From contig NC_068981.1 of the NCBI RefSeq assembly GCF_001194135.2, forward strand, positions 147,643,935 through 147,676,449: 32,515 bases of DNA, read 5' to 3'. The position numbers were made by a program, and so were the translations under genes. Below, piece by piece: positions 20,960-31,990 of this stretch. Position 1 is the stretch's first letter; each line of letters starts with the position of its first letter. The notes beneath the pieces were generated by a model. The model saw only the letters and a program-made list of their open reading frames with translations. It was not told the DNA's origin and ran no database searches. The DNA comes from Octopus bimaculoides (lineage: Eukaryota).

Positions 20960-21185
20960 TATCATCATCATCATCATCATTTAACGTCTGCTTTCCATGC
21001 TGGCATGGGTTTGACGATTTGACTGAGGACTGGCGAACCAGATGGCTGCACCAATCTCCAATCTGATCTGGCAGAGTTTCTACAGCTGGATGCCCTTCCT
21101 AACGCCAACCACTACGAAAGTGGGTGCTTTTATGTGCCACCGGCATGAGGACCAGTCAGGCGGTACTGGCAACGGCCATGCTCAT
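20960..21185 (-). mobile_element. SINE family A, young copy
   Basis: (ATC)n TTAACGTCTGCTTTCCATGCTGGCATGGG...GATGCCCTTCCTAACGCCAACCAC. Confidence 0.9.
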
Positions 21186-21206
21186 ATATATATATATATA
21201 TGTATA

Positions 21207-21307
21207 NNNNNNNNNNNNNNNNNNNNNNNNNNNNNNNNNNNNNNNNNNNNNNNNNNNNNNNNNNNNNNNNNNNNNNNNNNNNNNNNNNNNNNNNNNNNNN
21301 NNNNNNN
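21207..21307. other. Assembly gap
   Basis: N run between (TA)n arrays. Confidence 1.
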
Positions 21308-21326
21308 TATATATATATATATATAT

Positions 21327-21549
21327 ATATTGAAGCTTATGGCAATCACTGTGCTATGACTAAGGAAAATAGTCTAATAAAGGGGCATATAAGCCCACAA
21401 CAGAAAAAGGAAGGCTTTCCTATCCATGTGGGACTCGTATCCATATCCCTCCTATGTGGTTAGGAAAGCCTTCTTTTATCTGTCGTTGGCTTATATGCCC
21501 CTTTATTAGATTATTTTCCTTAGTGATTGCCATAAGTTTTAAGCTTATA
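21327..21549. repeat. About 220 bp hairpin element (about 100 bp arms, 16 nt loop 21434-21449)
   Basis: CTTATGGCAATCACT..TAAGGAAAATAGTCTAATAAAGGGGCATATAAGCC versus its reverse complement at about 21488-21536. Confidence 0.92.
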
Positions 21550-21855
21550 TAAATACCATTATTATTATTTACAGGATTGTAAAACATGGCATCATATATT
21601 AAAACTATTCGCACTGAAATATATATATATTGTTGATGTCATAAGAATTTTATAAACTTTTGAGAGAAGGTGAAATAATTCATTTTTGGAATAGTATATC
21701 TTGAAGCACACACATGAAGCTATAAGCAATAACATGTAAGCATTCACATGCTGTTCTTTTACAGCTGTGTGTGATGTACTTCAAAAACCATTATTCCAAA
21801 ACACACACACACACACACATATTAATGTATGTGTTTCACTCCACGTGTATTACAT

Positions 21856-21902
21856 GCGCTACTAATAGTTTCACATACATGACAAGTACATTCATCAGCC
21901 AC
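21856..21902 (-). ncRNA. Minimal type I hammerhead, left arm copy
   Basis: Minus strand reads GTGG CTGATGA ATGTAC ttgtcat GTATGT GAAA CTATTA GTA^GCGC; first pair of stem I mismatched. Confidence 0.65.
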
Positions 21903-23225
21903 TGATTATTCTATGAAACCAAGAAGTTTAAATAGAGGACCAGGCAAGAGGCAATTCTAAAGCAGCTCATATATAATGGAAGATTCCACTACAAGTGAGC
22001 TACTAAATTGAACCGATGCAGAGTGTTAAGATGAATTTAAATAGAAAATAAACATAAAAAATAAAGTAAAATGATAGTCATAAAGTATAAAAATTAAATT
22101 AAATTATCAACGTGTCAATGTATAAAAATATGAAAATATATATAGATCTACAGATAATCCAAAGGCTATACAAATATATACAAATACATAAGCTATATAT
22201 AATACATAAATTACACAAATACATAAAATACAAATAAATATACATAAATTACATAAAATTATAAGTGGGAAAGCTCTATGGTGTCTTATAAAGATCTATA
22301 ATTATAATATATAAAAATTATAAAAGGAATATGAAAGGATGGAAAAAATATAATGTAAATATAGATATGAGATATAAACCAACACAATGAAAGAAGAAAC
22401 TATATTTATGTTCCTGGGCGTTATAAAGAAATGTAGAAAAAAATGTAGAAGAAAATGACCAACCAATCGGGAATTGGTGGAATCTTCCAATTTTTAAAGA
22501 TATATTTGCTCAGCTGAAAGAGCGCAGATCTTATTTAGATCCGAGATTCTGAACTCGATATTGAACTCAAGATCAGAGATTTTTAGTGGATATAAACAAA
22601 TGGTTAAATATATCTTAAAAAGTTGGAGGATTCCACTGATACCTCATTGATTGGTCATTTTTTTCTACATTTTTCTACATTTCTTTATAATGCCTAGAAT
22701 TATAGATGTAGTTTCTTCCTTCATTGTGTCAATTTATATCTCACATTTATATTTACATTATATTTTTTCCAAATTTTCACATTCCTTTTGTGATTTTTAT
22801 ATATTATAATTATAGACCTTTATAAGACACCACAGAGTTTTCTCACTTATAATTTTATGCAATTTACATATATTTATTTGTATTTAATGTATTTGTATAA
22901 TTTATGTATTATATATAGCTTATGTATTTGTATATATTTGTATAGCCTTTGGATTATCTGTAGATATATATATATATATATATATATTCATATTTTTATA
23001 TATTGACACGTTGATAATTTTAATTTTTATAATTTTTAAAGTTTATAACTTTATCATTTTACTTTATTTTTTATGTTTATTTTCTATTTAAATTCATCTT
23101 AACATTCTGCATTGGTTCAATTTAGTAGCTCACTTGTAGTGGAATCTTCCATTATATATGGGCTGCTTTAGCATCGCCTCTTGCCTGGTCCTCTATTTAA
23201 ACTTCTTGGTTTCATAGAATAATCA

Positions 23226-23272
23226 GCACCTGATGAATGTACTTGTCATGTATGTGAAACTATTAGTAGCAC
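23226..23272 (+). ncRNA. Minimal type I hammerhead, right arm copy
   Basis: GCAC CTGATGA ATGTAC ttgtcat GTATGT GAAA CTATTA GTA^GCAC; two mismatches in stem I. Confidence 0.62.
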
Positions 23273-23364
23273 ATGTAATACATGTGGAGTGAAACGCATA
23301 CATTAATATTGGACTATCATTAGATGGAATACTCTTCTTGTTGCTCTGTTTATGCAGCTTAATT

Positions 23365-23491
23365 TACTATATACATACATACACACACACACACACACAG
23401 ATATATACACACATATATATATAATGTGTATGTATATATATATGTGTGTATATATATGTATGTATATGTATATATATATATATATAATATT
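23365..23491. repeat. (CA)/(TA)/(TG) compound microsatellite
   Basis: Direct inspection. Confidence 0.9.
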
Positions 23492-23596
23492 NNNNNNNNN
23501 NNNNNNNNNNNNNNNNNNNNNNNNNNNNNNNNNNNNNNNNNNNNNNNNNNNNNNNNNNNNNNNNNNNNNNNNNNNNNNNNNNNNNNNNNNNNNNNN
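23492..23596. other. Assembly gap
   Basis: N run. Confidence 1.
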
Positions 23597-23609
23597 TAAA
23601 TATAATAAA

Positions 23610-23727
23610 ACGATTACACGTGTTTCATAACCAATTTTCAAATAGAAAAGAAATTTAAATCGATTAAAATCAATTGAAATTATCGAAAATAAGTTCTATT
23701 CAAAAATATAGCTACTCGTCAGATCGT
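23610..23727 (-). ncRNA. Type I hammerhead with long stem II and perfect palindromic stem III
   Basis: Minus strand reads ACGAT CTGACGA GTAGC..TTTTTGAATAGAA...TTCTATTTGAAAA..GGTTAT GAAA CACGT GTA^ATCGT. Confidence 0.85.
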
Positions 23728-23940
23728 AAGTAGAACAATAATTAGATATATATCTCAACCAACAATAAGTACCAAATGAATTAATATGAAATACTTATTA
23801 TATAGAGATAGAAAAATTATTTAAAAAATATCATAATATCAAAATAATAACCATTCAATAATCATCCCTTCATCCATAATAATAACATGTATATTATATA
23901 CAAAAAACATCTTACCTAAATTATCATTGTTTTAAATTAT

Positions 23941-23989
23941 CATATATATATATATATATATATATGCATGTATATGTATATATGTATGA

Positions 23990-24024
<35 letters not shown>

Positions 24025-24045
24025 TGTATGTATGTATATGTGAAT
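23941..24045. repeat. (TA)/(TATG) microsatellite
   Basis: Direct inspection. Confidence 0.9.
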
Positions 24046-24063
24046 GTATGTCTTCATAAAGAT

Positions 24064-24300
24064 GATAATCATCAACATTTTTACATCTGCTTTCCTTATT
24101 CACATGTGTTTGATGGGTCAGGGAAGTTTGGAGTTCTTATTCAGGGTTACTATCATCCTAGATGGGTCATGCATTTTATTTCTCACTTGCATGAGGAAGT
24201 GCTTCTCTGAAGACCTTTGCATTTCTATGGCTGGATGCCATCCCTTACGTCAACCATTTTTTAGATAGTGCTAAATGCATTTTATCAAGGTACCAGGACT
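24064..24300 (-). mobile_element. Old SINE with family A-like tail
   Basis: TTTTACATCTGCTTTCC...GGCTGGATGCCATCCCTTACGTCAACC; end approximate. Confidence 0.55.
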
Positions 24301-24610
24301 TGAAAAGGTATCATATTCTCAACAAGTCCAAACAGTTCTTTTGATCCTATGTCCCTGCTCCACTTGCCAATCACTTTATAAAGTATACTGGGTGAATTTG
24401 ATAGTAACACTCACATTAATGGGGTTGACTTATATCCAATGAGAATAAATAGTCCCTTCTGACATTAAAAATTCTGCCTCAATTTCCTCTTATGGAAATT
24501 GCTAATATGGAGAAACATATATTAAAAGGAATGAACAAACAGATGCTGATACTGATACTGATGATGATGATGATGATGATGATGATAGTAATGATATTAT
24601 GCATTATAGC

Positions 24611-24828
24611 AAGGTTGTGAGCTGTCAGACTCATTTGCATGCTGTGCAAAATGCTTAGCAGCATTTCATTCATCTCTACATTTTGAGTTCAAATTCCACC
24701 AAGGTTGATGAAAACTGAAAGAAGCCTTTCTGGATTGATAAAATAAGTACCATTTGAGTATTATAGTTGATGTTGTCAACTTAGCCCCTTCCCCCAAATT
24801 TCTAATCTTGTGCCAAAATTTAAAACTA
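24611..24828 (+). mobile_element. SINE family B
   Basis: Colinear with 620-825. Confidence 0.75.
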
Positions 24829-24934
24829 TTATAGCATAAGAGCAAATAGCTTATTTATATGAATCACACACACACAAAAAAAAAAAGATGTGCAATAAAC
24901 TACATGAGATATCCTACCTCTAAGTTCAGATATT

Positions 24935-25060
24935 CATCATCATTCATCATCGCTTTCTTTTTTTCCCCAGCTAGTATGGATTGGACAAGATGTTTTGAGG
25001 TAATATTCTGTTGCTGGATGCCTTCCCTCACACCAACGCTTGCATGTTTTTAAGTAAGGT
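24935..25060 (-). mobile_element. SINE family A-like 3' fragment
   Basis: CCAGCTAGTATGGATTGGAC...GCTGGATGCCTTCCC. Confidence 0.55.
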
Positions 25061-25261
25061 ACAGGGTATGATATAGAAGCCTCCCATACTGACCATTCTT
25101 GATAAGCTGACCATTCAAAAGCAAACACACAATTTGCACCTATCAAAATCATAATGGTAACTGACAAAAAAAAAAGGAAAAACAAATCTAAAACATTAGC
25201 TACAATGACTTCATTACCACCTGCCCAGATTCACTAAAGGACCCCCTTTCATCATAAAGGA

Positions 25262-25575
25262 CTATGGGATTGCACCTAAAAAGTTACCCTCCAAGGCACA
25301 AGTTTGGGCAAGGTCGTCTATGAGTGACCGGCAGTCACCCATGCATACCAGCCTCCTCTCTCCATGCCACTGATGTTGTCCAAGGGAAAGGTAAAAAACC
25401 AATACAGCTTGGCACCAGTGACATTGCAACACATTTCTACAGCTGAGTGAACTGGAGAAACAGGAAAATAAAGTGTCTTGCTCAAGAATACAACACACTG
25501 CCCAGTTCAGGAATTGAACTTACTACCTCATGATTGTGAGCCTGACGCTCTAATCACTGAGCTATGCACCTTCAC
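25262..25575 (-). mobile_element. tRNA-headed SINE family E
   Basis: Head GTGCATAGCTCAGTGATTAGAGCGTCAGGCTCAC..GTAAGTTCAATTCC on - strand; related to 14640-14856. Confidence 0.8.
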
Positions 25576-26440
25576 AGAAGCAGGAAAACCTATGGGAGTT
25601 TCTCTGCCACACTTTTTATTCTATTCCATGTCTTCACACATCAGACAACAAAGCTTCTGCTAAACAGTTTGCTTATGGAGGACAGAGACAGTGTTACTGT
25701 AAGACTGGGTGGTGTAATGTGAAGACATATGGACAAAAACACACATGCACACCTTCACATACATATATATGTGTATACAAATATATACACACATATATAT
25801 ATGCATATGTGTATACTTCTATATATGAGCACATGTGCCTTTTTTTTTGTTCTCATGTCTTCATACTGACGCCGCTTGGGCTGCAGTAAAGTTGCTTATT
25901 TCACCCATAAACAAAAAAATATTGCAACTTTGAGGTTCACTGTGCGAATGCAGAATAAAGTACCAAGGTGTAAACAACAACAAAGTTAACTTCAAATTTT
26001 AAGTTTTTATTTTCATTTTGTTTTGAATTTAAGTTATGATACATTCCATTATACTTCAATGATTCTTCATTTAATGTACCTTTCACTAATTTTAATTTAC
26101 AAATCAATGTTAAGTAGAAATCTTTAAATGAGCCGCTATGAGCTAAACATAAGATGAGAACATCTTAATCAGAGTAGCATGGTATATTAAGCATTATGCT
26201 AATGTTTTCTTTTGAAGTAAGAAAAAAAAAGAATTTACATTTAAATAAAAGTTTTATTAGTATTTTTCATTTGTCCATTTAATGAAATATACCATCCATA
26301 TCATTTATTGAAATCAATAAAACTTGCCAATCCTATAAATATTAATTTCTAACATTGGCACAAGACCACAAATATTTTTCCGAGGGTGTAGATTGTATAA
26401 ATAACCCCAATATTTAACTGGTACTTATTTTTATCAACTC

Positions 26441-26690
26441 TCATCATCATTTTAACATCCACTTTTACATGTTTGCATGGGTTGGACAGAGTTCACTGAG
26501 ACAGCTTTTCTATTGCTGGATGCCTTTCTTGTCTCAGATTTCCACCTCATTCCAAGCGCAGTAATAATTCTTATTGGCCAGACATATTTTCACAGAATAC
26601 TGGAAATGAATGATATTTATTTACAACAATCACAAGATGTAAAAATAAAACACAAACATATACACACTTACACATACATGGAACTGTGAA
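26441..26690 (-). mobile_element. SINE related to 17375-17663
   Basis: CATCATTTTAACATCCACTTTTACATGTTTGCATGGGTTGGACAG. Confidence 0.7.
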
Positions 26691-26819
26691 AATCTGTAAA
26701 ACTTTCCAGAAGTTTATCATTTAAGTATATATGAGCATGTCTAGACATGCAACTATATGCATGAAAATACATACATAAAACAAAAGAAATAGCAAATGAC
26801 ATAGCTAAGATTAGTTAAG

Positions 26820-27780
26820 AAAGTCAAACTTCCATGTATACTTTTAGCAAACGAAGTACAATATTTGACAGAATTCCTTTAGGGATTAACTGGCACCGAA
26901 ATTTCATTGGCATTTCAAGAGTGTTGCATGAAAGTTACCAGCATGTTGCAGAAAAATATCCTCATTTCAAACAAATATTTCCTCAGCAGCCTATTGTAGC
27001 CTTTAGATGGAATAAAAATATAAGAGATCTATTAACCTCTACTTCTGACTCCAAGAAAACTAACATTGGAGTTTCTGCACACTGTACCTTGAAAAACAGC
27101 CACAGTAGAGATAAACCCTGTTCTTTGTGCAACAACATGAGTCAAGTGGATTCCATCAGGAATCATAACAGAAATGTTATAATTTATATGGAAGGTGGGA
27201 TGTGTAGAGATTCATTTGGTGTATGCAGCAGAATGCACAAAACACAACAGAACAATTAAACAAAAGAGTCAATGGGCACAGATAGGACGTTAGGCATTAT
27301 AATAGTAGTTTGACAGAACTTGCGGAACATTTTGCATCAAATGGTTGCAATTTTGAAAAAGACTTGAAAGTGCATATTTTCAGAAAATATTCTGAATCTG
27401 ATACACTTTCAGTACTCAAAATGCATGAGGAGAAATATGCCCTGGAGAAATGAATAAACTGACAGAAGAATTTCATCATATTTACACAAAACCGTTTGAT
27501 TAAAAATTCCTTTTTTCTTTTTTTTCTCTTTTTTCTCTTTTTTCTTTTCTTTGTTCTTTCTTTTTCTTTTTTCCAGTTGTAAACTTGAAAATTGAAGGCT
27601 GATGATGTCATTCCATCAACATGGGAATGCTGGTTACCCTCATTCAGATATTGGATTTGAATTTCAATAATTTTGAATTTCTGTGTATCACTTTTCATTT
27701 TGAACTCAATAAAGCTGTCGAAATATCATTCAACCAATAAAATATCTATTGCGATTGCACTATGCTCTTCGTATTGTCTA
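26820..27780 (+). mobile_element. Penelope-like retroelement 3' fragment (RT C-terminal/linker, GIY-YIG endonuclease, 3' region)
   Basis: RIPL...FPQQPIVAFRWNKNIRDLL, CSLC, then LVYAAECTKHN / EQLNKRVNGHR*D / TELAEHF / DLKVHIF; ends approximate. Confidence 0.88.
26834..27455 (+). pseudogene. Disrupted Penelope RT-linker/GIY-YIG ORF
   Basis: Frameshift near 27205-27215, loss of the YIG segment near 27250, in-frame stop after GHR. Confidence 0.85.
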
Positions 27781-27842
27781 TTTTCCTTTGTGAAGAGTTA
27801 TATCAATCCTTTTAAAATATTATCATTATCATTATTATCATT

Positions 27843-28054
27843 AAGGTGACTGACTGGCAGAATCGTTAGAGGAACAGAAAAATTGCTTTGTGGTGTTTCT
27901 TCAGACTCATGTTTTGAGTTCAAATTTGGTCAAGATAACGTTTACTTTTCATCCTTTTGGAGTCAATAAAATAGGTACTCATCAAGTATTGGAATTGATA
28001 TAATTGACTAGCCATCTCCTACCAAAACTGCTGGCTTTATATCAAAATTAGAAA
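27843..28054 (+). mobile_element. SINE family B
   Basis: CTGGCAGAATCGTTAG...TATCAAAATTAGAAA followed by (ATA)n. Confidence 0.78.
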
Positions 28055-30651
28055 TAATAATAATAATTATTATTATTATTGAATCTTGTATGAAAGCATT
28101 CTTTCCTTCTTTCTCATACCTATGACTTTATTTAAGGCATTACAAAAAATGAAATTTTCGTTTGAGTCCTTTCTAAAAATGATTTTAATTATTTGAAGAA
28201 AGCCTGCCTCTTATTCCCAGGAGTAAGTGAATATGTGAAATAGACAACATAAATGATTTGTTATTACAGACTATATTTTAGTTCACATGCTGACCACATT
28301 TTCACATTCAAAATACCTAGAGACACAAAATATTACAGTAACAAATGAGGCAAAAATGACAGCATAAAGATAAAGTACACAGTTAAATGAAAAACAAAGC
28401 AAAAAATAAAAACTAGCATTTCAATGAAAAATTAGCAAAAACATCTTTCAAACAGTCTAACAAATAATTTTGAAGAGAGTAACAACAACAACAATGATAT
28501 TTGCATGTGGTCAGGTATTTTAAATTGCTCATGTAGTGGCTATGTTACAGTTGATATTTTATTTAATTTTGAAACAAACAGGATTTTTAGATTTAACACA
28601 GTTCCAAGGTAAAAAAATGCAGTTGGGAGAATTTTGTAAAACCAGACAGTATTTCTTTCCTGCAGGATCTGATCCAAGAGAGAGCAAAGAAAATTACATA
28701 CATGTGTTTGGAAAGATTGGTACAAGATTAGAATTACCATTAAAACAATTACAACACTTCAGGTTATCTGGGGAGAAATTATCTCAATCATGAAAGGAAA
28801 ATGTTATGGTACTGTCTGGTGCACTTTTAACAGTGAAGATCAGCCAAAACACAGGCTAAGATTATTAGATATACCTCTGTCCATACACTTGTATCATAGT
28901 ATGTAGAGTAAAGAAATATAAGGGTGACTATAAGAAGCATTAGAGACAATGTGGATATGTGTCTGGTTGTCACTTTAGTATCACAGTATTGACAAGTGGT
29001 TAAAGCAGGGCTGAGAGGAAGCAACATATAGTCAAGGGGCATCAAAATGGATTTACAACTCCTAATGATCCTTGAAGACCACAAAGTCTTACTGGAACTA
29101 TGCCCAGTTAAGTGCTGAGACAAATGGCATGAGATTGATGGTAAAGGGACAGGAAGCTTAGTTGAAACATACATTGCAACTAGTTTGAGATTTTTACTTT
29201 AAAGAACTAGTAAGACTTGAAGGGAAAGCTAGTGGTGACCAACCAAGGCTGCAGCATAAACAACAAATCCTAGATTCCAGAGCATCATTAATCATAGCTC
29301 CCAGAATGGCAGAGATAATTACTTTATGCTTAACCCTTAAAACAAAGGAACAAATACCCCATCTGTTAACAGTGGCAACCAGGAGTCATCACTGTATACC
29401 AAGGAAAAGATAATGGTGGCAGGGAAAAGTCTCCAAACAGTTAGGGAAAATACAAAAAGAAAAAAAATCTTCTAAAAGGAAAGTTAGTGCAAAACAACTA
29501 AAACAAAAGAAGAAATAATTTCTGCTATACAGCAATGGTGCCTCTTCCCAGAAGAATAGTAATGAGGATGAAAGGGAAGATGAAGAACTGAGATTCACTG
29601 TCCTTTGAAAATCAGACCAACAAAATAATGTTTGTGACACCAGGAATATTCCAATGAAATAAAAATAACAGAAACACAGTTAGGTTTAGAATATAGGAAA
29701 CAAAAAAAAAAAAGACAGATTGTTAGTAAAGTAGTAAAAACAAAAGAAAGACATGTAATGTGCTAAAACAATCCTACTATGAAGGTGTGGATGTTTATTT
29801 ACTCTGACTGAAAAAAATGTTAATAGGTACCTTTAGATGCACTAGACAACAATATAAGCATTGGTAAGTAAGTAAGGATATGGAATGCTTCAGCACAACT
29901 GAGCCAACAGCTTTTTTCATGCTTACTTCCTTCAATTAAATTTTATTTTAATTATTGCATGGCTTATAATACCTTTTATTTTTTCTGTGCAAATATTTGT
30001 ACCTTTTACATACACACACACATACAAACAGCCACACCTATGTACATATTTCATTTAATTACATCCATTTTTTTCAAGCTTGCACAAGATAAATGAATAT
30101 TTTATTGTAGCAGTTCTTAACAATCAGATGCATTTCTTGCCAATAACCTTTACCTGTTTTTCAAGTAAAAGATGGTTTTGAAGGCACAAAGCAAGCAGAA
30201 GTTTTGTTGACAGAAGAGCTGACAACAATGACAACACCTGTATATTGCAACTTTTTATTCAAGTGTAAAGGAGGAATGATCACAAATGAGCCAACACTAT
30301 GAACAACTGAAGAATATTCAATTCAGTACTTTATTTTCTAGGAGCAGTTACCTGGTTACACATGAAAAAGAAGGGTCAGAACATGTAAAGAAACTAAGAA
30401 ATAGTTTGTAGATATTCTAAAAAGTGATGCAATGAAGTATAATCAATTTTTGGAATAGAGGAGTTAGAGAAAAATATAGTTAAGACCAGTAAATGGTATC
30501 ATAATGAAATGTTTGAATGCATAGCGTTTGTAGATGCTAAACCTAAAGAATAGAAAAACACAAGCAGGTCTATCAGATCACTTTTCTGACAGATACATCT
30601 GTAAAAAGAATTGTAATGTGTGCCCCAAACCCACATATCAAGTGTTGTTGC

Positions 30652-30881
30652 CTATGTATTCTATACAATCTCAAATGGGAAGCTGTCAAATGAGAAGTAA
30701 AGATAGAGGAGGTGAGAGAGGAAAAAAAGTAGAAGAACGTCTTCATTGAAGAGGCAAACACCATAAAGGCTGCAGGCAGAAGACAGAGTCTAAAGAAAAG
30801 TATCTGATATGACTCCTTTTATGAAGCAAAATACTCTCAGAAATTTCTTTAAGAAACTGACATTCACCAAAAAGTAAGCAG
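30652..30881 (+). repeat. Exon-like segment, copy A of a diverged direct duplication
   Basis: Aligns with 31752-31990 (about 70% by eye); ends AAAA|GTAAGCAGT. Confidence 0.8.
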
Positions 30882-31004
30882 TAAGCCACCCCTCCAATTT
30901 AAATGTGCATTCAACATTCTTCTGCATTTTGACAGTGAAGAAAATATAGTGACTACAGGTGCTTTCTTATCAATTATGAATTTTGAATTTTTAACTGGTC
31001 TTCA

Positions 31005-31090
31005 TCATTATCATCATTATCATCATCATCATTATCATTTTACTGTTCTCTTTTCCATGCTTGCATGGGTCAGACAGAATTTATTGAGAA
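31005..31090 (-). mobile_element. SINE 3' fragment with family A tail
   Basis: (CAT)n TTTTACTGTTCTCTTTTCCATGCTTGCATGGGTCAGAC. Confidence 0.65.
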
Positions 31091-31139
31091 AGCTTTTGTA
31101 TGTTAATGCCAGATGTTTATGCTGGTATGTTTATATTAA

Positions 31140-31413
31140 TGGCATGACTGTGTGGTTTAGAAGCTCGTTTCCCAACCATATGGTCTTAGGTTCAGTCCCA
31201 CTGCATGGCATGGCTCCTTGGCCAAGTGTCTTTTACAATAGCTCTAGATCAACCAAAGCCTTGTGAGTGGATTTGGTAGACAGAAACAAGAAATTCATCA
31301 TATATGTGTGTGTGTATGTGCATGCGTGCATGCGTGTGTGTGTGTGACCCTTGACTAAACCCTTTAAGGCCCAGCATGGTCACAGTCCAATGACTAAAAC
31401 AAGTAAAAGATAA
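31140..31413 (+). mobile_element. SINE family C, internally deleted
   Basis: GGCATGACTGTGTGGTTTAGAAG...GGTTCAGTCCCAC...(TG)n...CAGCATGGTCACAGTCCAATGACTAAAACAAGTAAAAGA. Confidence 0.85.
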
Positions 31414-31751
31414 CAGATTTCAAACATGAAATCATTTTATTTAATGCTGATAATTATAGTTGGGTCAAAACAGGCCCAAATAAAATGTTTAGTGTAAATA
31501 ACCAGCTAGAAGAAACATGGAAGCAAAATACAAACAGCAAAAAAAACACATGTTCTAATACAATTACATCTGGAAGGAATATACAAAAGTATTTATCAAA
31601 ACCATTATGTTTTTTTAGGTGTATAACAGATATATCTCTTTATGTGCAAGTGACAGCTAGTATATGTGAGAAAGTGTCCATTTGCAGCTTTGAGCAAAAA
31701 AAGGTAAGTTGAGTGATGAGAGAACTTGCTTTTTTTATGTGTAAATGTGTT

Positions 31752-31990
31752 TATATGTTCTATACAGTCCCGAATGACAACCTGTCATATGAATAAGAAA
31801 GATAAAGGAGGTGAGAAAGAGAAAGAAAAAGACAGTTAAAAAATATCTTCATTGCAGAGCCAAGTAGCATAAAGTTTTCAGGCATAAGATAGACTCTAAA
31901 GAAAAATACTCAATATGGTTCCTTTTATAATTCAAAATAGGTTCTGAGACTTCTTCATGAAATTGATAAACTTACCAAAAGGTAAGCAGT
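31752..31990 (+). repeat. Exon-like segment, copy B, bounded by TTCTATACAG| (31767) and AAG|GTAAGC (31982)
   Basis: Paralog of 30652-30881; all frames contain stops. Confidence 0.8.

Larger units (their letters stand above)
21819..23309. mobile_element. 1.49 kb palindrome (arms 21819-22507 and 22606-23309, 98 bp spacer), probably an inverted Penelope-like terminal-repeat duplication
   Basis: Arms align as reverse complements along their whole length (about 85-90% by eye); hammerhead near each outer end. Confidence 0.9.

Noticed and set aside
27297-27698. 133 aa minus-strand ORF with a KR-rich stretch
   Set aside because: Antisense to the Penelope fragment; the KR run comes from a pyrimidine tract
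27591-27733. CTGATGA (27599) ... GAAA (27720) in the Penelope 3' region as a hammerhead
   Set aside because: Stem II does not close and no valid stem III/UH triplet exists; at most a heavily decayed remnant
28827-29174. 115 aa minus-strand ORF with CQYC
   Set aside because: No recognisable domain or splice support; length attainable by chance
30534-30749. ORF with KKNCNVC as a piggyBac cysteine-rich domain
   Set aside because: The remaining Cys/His ligands and any DDD domain are absent
31967-31987. CTTACC-AAAA-GGTAAG hairpin as a Helitron 3' end
   Set aside because: No CTRR terminus at the expected spacing; absent in the paralog; explained by the splice donor
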